From Polyangia bacterium (GTDB taxonomy: Bacteria; Myxococcota_A; Polyangia; Nannocystales; Nannocystaceae), in assembly GCA_030430565.1 (NCBI GenBank), contig JAUIKS010000004.1, positions 333,992-397,991 on the forward strand: 64,000 nucleotides of DNA, in the 5' to 3' direction. Position numbers and translations under genes: made by a program. A model generated the notes under the pieces. That model was not told the origin of the DNA. It was given only the letters and a program-made list of their open reading frames with translations, and searched no databases. Position 1 is the stretch's first letter; each line of letters starts with the position of its first letter. Positions 28,967-37,514 of the stretch are shown here, piece by piece.

Positions 28967-29998
28967 GTGTCCGGGCAACTCGCTACGATGTCTATGATGG
29001 TTCGACGCGCGCGAACGCGCCGCCGAGGCGTGAGCTGGTCGAGCGCGGCCGTAGCGATGGCGGCGGCGCTGCTGACCGGCGTCGCCTCGCCCGCGACGGC
29101 GGCGGGCTCGTGGGCCGTGACCGCGGCGTGGGAGGACCCGGACATCGACAAGGCGACGGACCTCTACAACGAGGGGATCGAGGCGCAGCGCGCGGGGAAT
29201 ATCGTCAGCGCGGCCGAGAAATTCAGCGCGGCGCTCGTGCTCATCCCCGCGGACGAGATCGAGATCCGGGCGGCGGTGCTCTTCGACCTGGTCGCGGCGC
29301 GGCGCGACGCGTTCAAGGAGGACGGCGAATTTCGTCACCTGTGCGCCGCTCGGGACGCGCTCACCGACTACATCGACGAGTCCGAGGCGGCCGAGGGCAA
29401 GAAGGCGCGCGAGTTCACCGACGTCAAGCAGGCGCGGACGGTCCGCGGCGAGGTGCTCGAGCAGATGCACCTGGTCGAGCGCGACTCGCCCGAGGCCACG
29501 TGTGACGAGCGCGCGGCGGATCCTGAAGCCGAGGGGCCGCTGGAGGAACCTGCCGCGGAGCCCGCCACTGAGCCCGAGCCAGGCGGCCTCAAGTCGCTCG
29601 ACAAGCGGTCCAAGACCTACTTGATCGCGGGCGGCGCGACCGCGGGCGTCGGGCTGATCTTCTACGCGCTGATGTTCGGCGGGATGGCGATGGGCCGCAA
29701 GGCCGAGCGCGACGGCGAGGCGCTCGTGCAGATGGGGATCGACACGGGCATGTACGTCTCGAAGTACGACCCGGGGATCGTGGCGATCCAGGATCGCGGG
29801 CGCGCCGGCAACTCGCTAGCGATCGCCGGCGGCGTGATCGGGACGCTTGCGACGGGCGCCGGCGTGGCCCTGATCGTGCTCGCGTTTAAGCGTCCGGGGT
29901 CGTCGCGCAAATCAGACGTCGCGCGCCGCGGCGCGCCGCTGGTCACGCCGCGCGTCACGCCGCGTGGTGGCGGCGTCACGCTTCGGCTGCGCTTTTAG
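28967..29998 (+). CDS. Hypothetical exported/membrane protein
   Basis: Arg-rich N-region plus hydrophobic signal, a TPR-like acidic region, and a C-terminal pair of TM helices. Confidence 0.4.
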   Translation: MSGQLATMSMMVRRARTRRRGVSWSSAAVAMAAALLTGVASPATAAGSWAVTAAWEDPDIDKATDLYNEGIEAQRAGNIVSAAEKFSAALVLIPADEIEIRAAVLFDLVAARRDAFKEDGEFRHLCAARDALTDYIDESEAAEGKKAREFTDVKQARTVRGEVLEQMHLVERDSPEATCDERAADPEAEGPLEEPAAEPATEPEPGGLKSLDKRSKTYLIAGGATAGVGLIFYALMFGGMAMGRKAERDGEALVQMGIDTGMYVSKYDPGIVAIQDRGRAGNSLAIAGGVIGTLATGAGVALIVLAFKRPGSSRKSDVARRGAPLVTPRVTPRGGGVTLRLRF

Positions 29999-30104
29999 CC
30001 ACCTCGCCGCGGCGCGCGTGGGCCCGTGGGCGTCTCCGGCGTACACGCGCGCACGTGCGGTCTCGGGCGCGTCGCGCGGGAGCGTACTTTTTTGAGCTTC
30101 GGGC

Positions 30105-32051
30105 GTGAACTTCGGGCATGACCTTCGGGTCACCCAGCGCGAGCGCACGCGCCCGCTAGGGCGCCTGAGCTATCATGCAGCCTCGAGCCGCATGCCCGAC
30201 CCCCTGACCCCCGACGACGATGACGAGGTGACGCGGCTCTACGTCATCGGCGCCGACGGACGTCCGCAGGCCCAGCCGACGCCGGCGCCGCCCCTGCAGG
30301 AGGTCCCGCTCCTCGACATCGACGAGGACGAGACGCTGGTCGACGAGGGCGCGCTGCTCGACAGCGACGACGACGAGACCCTGACGAACATGGAGGTCGT
30401 CGACGACTACGCGCTCGACGACGACGCGGAGACGAACGACGCGAACCCCGTCCCGGCGGGGCCGTGGCGGCCGGGCGAGCTCGTCGGCGTGACGATCAAC
30501 GAGCGCTACCGGATCGACAAGCTCATCGGCCTCGGCGGCATGGGGGCGGTCTACCGGGCCCACCACGTCCTGATCGAGAAGATCGTGGCCGTGAAGGTCA
30601 TGAACCCGGCCTACAGCGCGAGCGAGGTCGACCTCGAGCGGTTCTTGCGAGAGGCGCGCTCGGCCTCGCAGATCCGGCACGAGAACGTCGTCGACATCAC
30701 CGACTTCGGCTACTCCGAGGGCGGCCAGGCGTTCATCGTCATGGAGCACCTCGAGGGCGAGGACCTGGCGACGCTGCTGGCCCGCGAGCGGCGGATCGGC
30801 TGGCGCCGGGTCGTCGCGCTCGCGCTGCAGATCTGCGCGGGCCTCAAGGCCGCGCACGCCCGCGGGATCGTCCACCGCGACATGAAGCCCGACAACTGCT
30901 TCATCGTGAAGCGCGACGACGGCCGCGAGCAGATCAAGGTCCTCGACTTCGGCATCGCCAAGATCGTCAACGAGCGCGCCGAGGCCAGCCTCACCGGGCA
31001 GGCGCTGATCGGCACGCCCGAGTACGTCGCGCCCGAGCTCGTGCTCGGCGAGCAGGCCGACGCGCGCGTCGACATCTACGCGCTGGGCGTGGTCATGTAC
31101 GAGGCGCTCACCGGCGCGGTGCCCTTCAAGAGCGAGACCTACATGGGGACGCTGCAGCTGCACCTGCGCGGCGAGCTCGTGCCGCCGTCGCGCGCGGCGG
31201 CGGACGCCGAGATCCCCACGGGCATCAGCGACGTCGTCGTGCGCGCGATGAGCCGAAAGCCCGCGCGTCGGTTTCAGAACATCGACGAGCTCGACCTCGC
31301 GCTCCGCGAGACCTGCGGCTTGGCGCCCGGCGGCGCGTTCACCCTGGCCGGCGACGCGATCGTCGGTGAGGCCACCGTCGAGGAGCAGCTCGCCGGGATC
31401 CAGGCGCCCGCCGTCGCGCGCCTGGCTGCGGCGCCGCGCCGGATCGACGCGCAGCAGCGGCGTCTGCTGATGATCGTCGGGCCGGCGCTCGGTCTCGCCC
31501 TGGTCGCGCTGCTGTGGTTCGCGATGGGACGAGGCGGCGAGGAGTCCACGAAAGGCGTGCCCGACGAGGTCGCGGTCGTAACGCCGGAGGCGGCGGATCC
31601 GGAGCCCGCGAAGCCGCCGCCGGAGACGACGGCCGTTGAGGACGGGACCGGGGGCGCGGACGAGCGCGCGGGCGAGGACGAGAGCGCCGGCGACGAGGAC
31701 GAGAGCGCGGGCGAGGAGGAGGACGAGAGCGCGGGCGAGGAGGAGGACGAGAGCGCGGGCGAGGAGGAGGACCCGTCGGCGCTGCCTCGATCGCTGTCAC
31801 GCGGTGCCTTCAAGCGAGGGCTGGGCGGCGCGCGAGCGCGGGTCAAGAAGTCCTGCAGCGGCCTCGGCCTGCCGGGGATGAAGGTGACCGTCAAGATCTC
31901 AGTCAAGCCGAACGGTCGGGTTCGCAGCGTCACCCCGGTGGGGAGCCGCGCGGGCTCCTCGCTTGGGCGCTGCGTCGTCAAGGCGGCCAAGCGGGCCCGC
32001 TTCCGCAAGACGGAGGTCGGCGGGACGCACACCGCGACCTTCAGCCTGTAG
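30105..32051 (+). CDS. Serine/threonine protein kinase with a TM segment, acidic (EDESAGEE)n repeats and a basic C-terminal domain
   Basis: Hanks kinase motifs: GLGGMGAVYRA, VAVK, HRDMKPDN, DFGIAK, GTPEYVAPE. A TM helix (LLMIVGPALGLALVALLWFAMG) follows. The start may be M at about 30192. Confidence 0.8.
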   Translation: MNFGHDLRVTQRERTRPLGRLSYHAASSRMPDPLTPDDDDEVTRLYVIGADGRPQAQPTPAPPLQEVPLLDIDEDETLVDEGALLDSDDDETLTNMEVVDDYALDDDAETNDANPVPAGPWRPGELVGVTINERYRIDKLIGLGGMGAVYRAHHVLIEKIVAVKVMNPAYSASEVDLERFLREARSASQIRHENVVDITDFGYSEGGQAFIVMEHLEGEDLATLLARERRIGWRRVVALALQICAGLKAAHARGIVHRDMKPDNCFIVKRDDGREQIKVLDFGIAKIVNERAEASLTGQALIGTPEYVAPELVLGEQADARVDIYALGVVMYEALTGAVPFKSETYMGTLQLHLRGELVPPSRAAADAEIPTGISDVVVRAMSRKPARRFQNIDELDLALRETCGLAPGGAFTLAGDAIVGEATVEEQLAGIQAPAVARLAAAPRRIDAQQRRLLMIVGPALGLALVALLWFAMGRGGEESTKGVPDEVAVVTPEAADPEPAKPPPETTAVEDGTGGADERAGEDESAGDEDESAGEEEDESAGEEEDESAGEEEDPSALPRSLSRGAFKRGLGGARARVKKSCSGLGLPGMKVTVKISVKPNGRVRSVTPVGSRAGSSLGRCVVKAAKRARFRKTEVGGTHTATFSL

Positions 32052-32199
32052 GATGCAGCAGGGCGTGACGGGGGGCGACGAGCGCGACGACACCCGGCCG
32101 CGCTTGCTTCGCCAGTGATAACATGTCTCAAGGGTCGTGTGAGCCGTGGGGCCCGCACACGAGGCACCCGACGCGCTCGTGGGTCATCGACGACATGGC

Positions 32200-33237
32200 C
32201 TAGGGGCCAGTCGTCGCCATCCCCATGCCCGTCGTCATCATCATCGTCGTCGCGCCGGTCGGATCGCCCGTCGTCATCCCGCTGCCCGTGGTCGGATCAT
32301 CCGGCTTCGCCAGCGGCGTCCACGTCACGCGCTCGCCGGTGAAGTTGAGATACAGCCAAAAGCCGTTCGTCATCTCGCCGTCGATCATCTCGAACTCGGT
32401 GTCGTAGGGCTCAACCGCGCCCAGGCAGCTCTCGCCGCTGTGCACGAGCTGCCAGACGGTCGAGTTGATGCCCCCGTACTCGAACGCCAGCTCGCGCGCC
32501 TGCTCCTCCGTCACGAAGCCGCGCATGACGCCGCTCGTGAGCGACTGCGGGTCCTGCGGGTCGTCGTAGGTCGCGGCGATCCGGGCGTTGCGCATCTCGA
32601 TCTGGCCGAAGGTCTCGCCGATGTCGATGTAGATCGTGCCCTCCAAGCTCAGGAAGCACGGGGCCGTCGGATCGTTGAGAAACGGCCGGTTCGACGGGCT
32701 GATCGCCTGCTCCGGGATCTCGAGGCAGCTGGACGCGTAGTTGTTGCCGAAGAAGCCGTAGATCGACGGCCCGTCGCGGTAGCACATCTTCCCCGGCACG
32801 TCGCACTGGACGCGCTGGACGATGAGCTCGGCGTTCTCGGCGTCGGCGTCGTAGTTCGGGAACAGCAGCGCGGCGTTGATCTCCCCCTTGTCGATCTCGG
32901 GCCCGAGCAGCCCGACGTTGACGATCGGGAGGATGTTGTCGCACTCCGGGATCAGCGCGTAGATGCTCGGGTCGACCATCTCGATGGTGTTGAGGCGGAA
33001 CGCGAGCACGTCGTCGCCGAGGCTCCCGGTGGTCTCCGTGTCGTCGCCGGCGGTGCCGCTCGTCGAGCCGCTCGTGCTCGACGTCGCGCCGGAGGTCGTG
33101 ACCAGGTCGCAGGTGCCGAGCTCCTCGCAGGTCCGGTTGAGGAACTCGCCGCGGAAGCAGCCCGTGAGGCCCGCGCTGAGGAGCGCGAGGCCGAGGAGGC
33201 CGAGCGGCGCGGCCGTGATTGGCGTGTCTCGATACAC
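32200..33237 (-). CDS. Cys-rich secreted lipoprotein, hypothetical
   Basis: Lipobox LTGC, a Ser/Thr/Gly linker and 10 Cys. No recognisable domain. Confidence 0.45.
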   Translation of the reverse strand: MYRDTPITAAPLGLLGLALLSAGLTGCFRGEFLNRTCEELGTCDLVTTSGATSSTSGSTSGTAGDDTETTGSLGDDVLAFRLNTIEMVDPSIYALIPECDNILPIVNVGLLGPEIDKGEINAALLFPNYDADAENAELIVQRVQCDVPGKMCYRDGPSIYGFFGNNYASSCLEIPEQAISPSNRPFLNDPTAPCFLSLEGTIYIDIGETFGQIEMRNARIAATYDDPQDPQSLTSGVMRGFVTEEQARELAFEYGGINSTVWQLVHSGESCLGAVEPYDTEFEMIDGEMTNGFWLYLNFTGERVTWTPLAKPDDPTTGSGMTTGDPTGATTMMMTTGMGMATTGP

Positions 33238-33408
33238 GACGCAGGTCCCAGCGCGACCACGAGCTAGCGACCCGCGTCGACGCGAGGCAACGATACACGA
33301 TCCTCTCGCCGCGAACGCGCCCCGCGAGCACGGGCTCCTGGAGCGAGGGGTCCGAACGGTCAGGTCTTGGATCGCGCCGCGCTCGCCCGCGGCGCGCGCA
33401 AGCGCTCG

Positions 33409-35136
33409 TCAGCCGCCGAGCTCGGCGATCAGCCCGCGCACGCGCTCCTGGTCGCGGAGCTTCCCCGGCAGCAGATCGAGGTAGCGGCGGTAGTGGGTCA
33501 GCGCCGCCTCGTTGTCGCCCAGCTCGCGCTCGATGTCCCCGAGCAGGCGGTGCAGCTCGCCGAGATCCGGCGCGAGCGCGAGCGCGACCTTGGCCGAGGA
33601 GCGCGCGGCCTCGGGGCGCCCGCGGGTGAGCAGCGCGCGCGCGTGGTCGATGGTGTCGAGGGCCTGCTCGTGGTCGCGGAAGGCCTCGCTGTGGAGCAGG
33701 CGGTCGGCGAGCACGTCGCCGGGCGGCGCCGGGTGTGCGCCCTCCCGCGCGAGGTGGTGGCGCAGGTCGATCGCGCGGAACCGTCCGAGCGCCGACGGAC
33801 CCTCGGCGACCCACATCACCATCGCGGTCGCGTCGACCACGACCGCGTGGCTCAGCCGCAGGTTCTCGAGCGCGTTGTCGTTGCCCAGGCCGAGCTCGGC
33901 GCCGCCGTGACCGGACTTGTCGCGCAGGACATCCGCGATCTCGGCGGGGCCTGGCTCCTCGAGCGTCTCGAGCAGCTCCTCGAGCCGCTGGTAGCGGTAG
34001 CCGCTCGCGGTGAAGCGGCGGATCCGGTCGTTGTGCGCGTCGCGTTCGAAGGCGTCGCGCACGAAGTGATTGGTCGCCCAGACGATCGACTCGTCCTCGC
34101 CGCGGACGAGCCGGCGCTCCTCTTTGTCGCGCGGCGACAGCTCGACGACGACCGCCTCGCGCGAGTAGCCCTCGCCGATGAGGACGATGCCGGCCGCGCG
34201 CAGCTCGGCCTCCTTCAGCAGCTCGACCGCGCGCTCGAGCGTGTCGGCCTCCTCGAGCACCGTGCGGAGCACGAGCGCGAGCGGGGCGCCGTCCTCGCTG
34301 GGCTCGTCGGTGCGCGCCGAGTTCAGCGCGACGAACACGCCGCGCGCGTTGATCCCCGTGACCACGCCCGCGAGCCCGGGCCAGCCCACGGAGGCGAAGG
34401 GGTACTTGCCGTCGGGGTAGTAGAAGCTGACGACGCGGGGCAGCTCAAACCGGCGCCCGAGCTCGACGGTGAGGCTGCGGCCGATCAGCAGGTTGGCGCG
34501 GCCCTCGCCCGAGGCGCCCGAGGGGGCGCGGCGCGGGCCGATCGCGAAGGCGGCGCCCTCGACCGTGATGTCGTCGTAGGCGTGCCCGAACTCGTCGAAG
34601 CACTGGTAGAGGAACAGGCGGTGGTAGGCGCCGAGGCGCGTGCCCTCGGCGACCGGCAGCGTCGCGGCCATGGCCGCGAGCTCGCGCCGGCGGGCGTCGT
34701 CGAGCGCCTTGTCGGCGTCGTGATACTGCCAGCGCAGGCCGGCCGAGGCGGTCCAGGTGTCGATGACGCCCTCGCCGAAGCGCTTGCGCGCGAGCCCGCG
34801 GATGTGCTCGTCGATGCCGTAGAACAGTCGACCGGCGAGCGCGCCGTGGGCCGCGCCGATCGCCTCGGGCGGGCCCTCGAGATGCAGGTGCCACAGCCCG
34901 TTGCGTCGGGTCAGCGAGGAGGCGCCCCGACGCACCGTCCGGCCGGCGCGATCGACCTCGAGCTCGGCCTCCGGGATGTCGACATCCGGGGCGCCGATGT
35001 CGGTGTAGGCGAGGAAGCCGTAGCGCATCACCGTGCCGACCAGCGCCAGCGAGAGCGCCAGCACGAGCGCCGCCCGAACGATGGCGAGCAAGCCGGGGCC
35101 CTCGGAGAGCTGCGGTCGTTGAGGGAAGCGCGCCAT
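33409..35136 (-). CDS. Peptidase C45 (acyl-CoA:6-APA acyltransferase / Ntn-hydrolase-like) family protein with C-terminal TPR
   Basis: N-terminal TM anchor. C45-like core (GVVTGINARGVFVALNS). C-terminal TPR-like helices. Confidence 0.5.
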   Translation of the reverse strand: MARFPQRPQLSEGPGLLAIVRAALVLALSLALVGTVMRYGFLAYTDIGAPDVDIPEAELEVDRAGRTVRRGASSLTRRNGLWHLHLEGPPEAIGAAHGALAGRLFYGIDEHIRGLARKRFGEGVIDTWTASAGLRWQYHDADKALDDARRRELAAMAATLPVAEGTRLGAYHRLFLYQCFDEFGHAYDDITVEGAAFAIGPRRAPSGASGEGRANLLIGRSLTVELGRRFELPRVVSFYYPDGKYPFASVGWPGLAGVVTGINARGVFVALNSARTDEPSEDGAPLALVLRTVLEEADTLERAVELLKEAELRAAGIVLIGEGYSREAVVVELSPRDKEERRLVRGEDESIVWATNHFVRDAFERDAHNDRIRRFTASGYRYQRLEELLETLEEPGPAEIADVLRDKSGHGGAELGLGNDNALENLRLSHAVVVDATAMVMWVAEGPSALGRFRAIDLRHHLAREGAHPAPPGDVLADRLLHSEAFRDHEQALDTIDHARALLTRGRPEAARSSAKVALALAPDLGELHRLLGDIERELGDNEAALTHYRRYLDLLPGKLRDQERVRGLIAELGG

Positions 35137-35185
35137 CGTCCTGGACGACGGTTATATACTGCTTTTATAGTCGTTAGCCGCCGAT

Positions 35186-35929
35186 ATGGGACGAACGCGC
35201 ACGAGAGGAACCTTCGCCCGCCCGCGCCGCTGCGCGGGAATCTTCGCCTTGCTCGCCACGTTGACCGGTGTGGCGCTCGTCGCCTGCGAGCCCGAGAAGC
35301 CGCCCGCGCCCGAGCAGCGCCCGGCGAGCGACAGCCCCGCCCAGGGACAAGGCGGTGACGCGACGCCCGAGACGGCGCGCCTGGAGGCCGACAACGACAC
35401 GGTCGTGCTGACCTTCGCCGGCGAGCGCGGCGTGTTTCAAGACACCAACAAGATCGACGACGTGCCCGAGGAGGCGCGCGGGATGGTCCGCGTCTCGCTG
35501 CTCGGCGGTCCGCGCCCGGCCCCCGGCACCGTCTGGGTCGCCAACCTCAAGGCGGCCGACGACGCCGGCGGCTACCCGCTCACCACCGTCGCGCGCGATC
35601 AGTACGAAGAGCTCGCGCTGGGCATGGGGCGCTCGAGCCAGGTGACGGTGCCGGAGGGCCTGGAGCCCCCGGAGGTCAAGCCGCGCGAGTCCGACGTCAT
35701 CGTCTACAAGACTGACTGGTGCGGCGTGTGCAAGAAGCTGACGGCCTACCTCGATCGCAAGGGCGTGCAGTATGTCGCGAAGGACATCGAGAAAGACCGC
35801 GCGGCCGCGGCCGAGCTGCAGGGCAAGGCCAAGGAGCACGGCTTCAAGATGGGCAGCGTGCCGGTGGTCGACGTGCGCGGCGAGATGATGGTCGGCTTCA
35901 ACCGCGCGCGCCTCGAGCAGATCCTGTAG
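35186..35929 (+). CDS. Glutaredoxin/NrdH-like domain lipoprotein
   Basis: Lipobox LVAC. The C-terminus reads VIVYKTDWCGVCKKLTAYLDRKGVQYVAKDIEKD, a CxxC glutaredoxin fold. Confidence 0.6.
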   Translation: MGRTRTRGTFARPRRCAGIFALLATLTGVALVACEPEKPPAPEQRPASDSPAQGQGGDATPETARLEADNDTVVLTFAGERGVFQDTNKIDDVPEEARGMVRVSLLGGPRPAPGTVWVANLKAADDAGGYPLTTVARDQYEELALGMGRSSQVTVPEGLEPPEVKPRESDVIVYKTDWCGVCKKLTAYLDRKGVQYVAKDIEKDRAAAAELQGKAKEHGFKMGSVPVVDVRGEMMVGFNRARLEQIL

Positions 35930-35992
35930 CGGCGACGGGCTGGCTTCGGAGGCGCTCGAGTCAGTCGTCGAGCAGCTGCTCGTAGCGTCGGC

Positions 35993-37312
35993 TCAGCGCA
36001 CCGACTGCAGCAGCTCGAGGAACTCCTCGGGGTGCTTCATCGTGTTGATCTTGACGGCGGGCGCGGGCGGCTCGCCGGCGCGGAGCGTGTCCATCTGCTC
36101 GCTGAGCCGCGTGCTCGAGTCGAAGATCACGACGCCGGGGAGCGAGCCGGCGACCATGCTCTGGTAGAGCGTGTTCACCTCCTCCTGACCCTCGTCGTAG
36201 ACGTTGTCGACCTTGATCTTGATCAGCTCAAAGCGGCTGTTGAGCTCCTGCTCGACGGCCGGGTCGACGAAGGTGATGGTCTCCATCTCTTTGCACGGGG
36301 TGCACCACTCGGCGCCGAAGTCGACGACCATCGGCTTGTTGTAGTCGTTGGCGACCTTCGCGACCGCTTCGAATTGCGCGAAGCTCTCGACGTGCTTCCA
36401 CTGCCCCTCGGGCACGTACATGATGTTGTTGAGCGCGAGCACGCCGCCGACCACGACGATCACGACGGCGACGCCCTTGCGCAGGCGCTCGATCAGCGGG
36501 CCGTGGAAGCTGAGGTGCACCGCGCCGAGCACGAGGCCGAGCGCGGCGACGCCGAGGCCGATGTAGAGCCCGAAGTCGGGGTTGACCACGAAGTCGCGCA
36601 GGACCTTGCTGAGCGGCCGCAGGAACCAAAACGACATAACCAGGAGCGCGATGCCGAAGACGCTCTTGATGTACTCCATCCAGCGCCCGGGCCTAAACAG
36701 GCTGGCGCCGAGGGCGACCGCGAAGAACAGCGAGCCCATGCCGAGGGCGTAGACGAACAGCAGCGAGCCGCCGTAGATCACCGAGCCGCCCTCGGCCGAG
36801 GACTTGGCGATGTAGGCGAGCAGCGAGAGCAGGACGGGGCCGGTGCAGGGCGCGGAGATGAAGCCGCTGACGAGGCCCATGAGGAAGGCGCTGAGCGGGC
36901 CGGCGCCGCCGACGGAGTTGAGCCGCGTCTGCAGCGAGGGCGGCAGCTGCAGGTCGAAGGCGCCGAACATGCTGGCCGCGAGCGCGAGCAGCAGCGCGGT
37001 GATCGGGAGCACGACGACCGGCTTCGCCAGCCAGGCGCCGAACTGCCCGCCGGTCAGCGCCACGAGCACCCCGAGCGAGGTGTAGAGCACGGCCATGCCG
37101 AGCACGTAGGCCGAGGCGAGGAACAGCGCCTTGCCGCGCGACACGCCCTTGGCGCCGAAGACCGCGACGGTGATCGGGATCAGCGGGTAGACGCAGGGCG
37201 TGAAGTCGACGAGCACGCCCTGGCCGAAGGCCCAGAGGTAGGTGCTGATGATCCCGGATTGAAAGCCCTCGGGCGCGAGGGCGAGGAGCGACACGGACGA
37301 GAGGAGCGACAT
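35993..37312 (-). CDS. dsbD: Thiol:disulfide interchange protein, DsbD family (CcdA-like TM domain plus C-terminal thioredoxin)
   Basis: CcdA motif CVYPLIP. Multiple TM helices. C-terminal thioredoxin WCTPC. Confidence 0.8.
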   Translation of the reverse strand: MSLLSSVSLLALAPEGFQSGIISTYLWAFGQGVLVDFTPCVYPLIPITVAVFGAKGVSRGKALFLASAYVLGMAVLYTSLGVLVALTGGQFGAWLAKPVVVLPITALLLALAASMFGAFDLQLPPSLQTRLNSVGGAGPLSAFLMGLVSGFISAPCTGPVLLSLLAYIAKSSAEGGSVIYGGSLLFVYALGMGSLFFAVALGASLFRPGRWMEYIKSVFGIALLVMSFWFLRPLSKVLRDFVVNPDFGLYIGLGVAALGLVLGAVHLSFHGPLIERLRKGVAVVIVVVGGVLALNNIMYVPEGQWKHVESFAQFEAVAKVANDYNKPMVVDFGAEWCTPCKEMETITFVDPAVEQELNSRFELIKIKVDNVYDEGQEEVNTLYQSMVAGSLPGVVIFDSSTRLSEQMDTLRAGEPPAPAVKINTMKHPEEFLELLQSVR

Positions 37313-37514
37313 GGCGAGATGGGCGGTGGCTGTGGGGGACAGGCCGGCTCGCGCGGGCGCGCGCCGTGATGATCAAGATACGCCGCGCGGGCCGGTGACG
37401 TGACACGCGGCGGGGCCGTGCCCGGTATAACCACGGAGCGCGTGATTTTCTTACGCGTTCACCGGGGTTTCTCACGCCGAGCGGACTACGGGTGTGCTGC
37501 GCGATGCACGCCGG

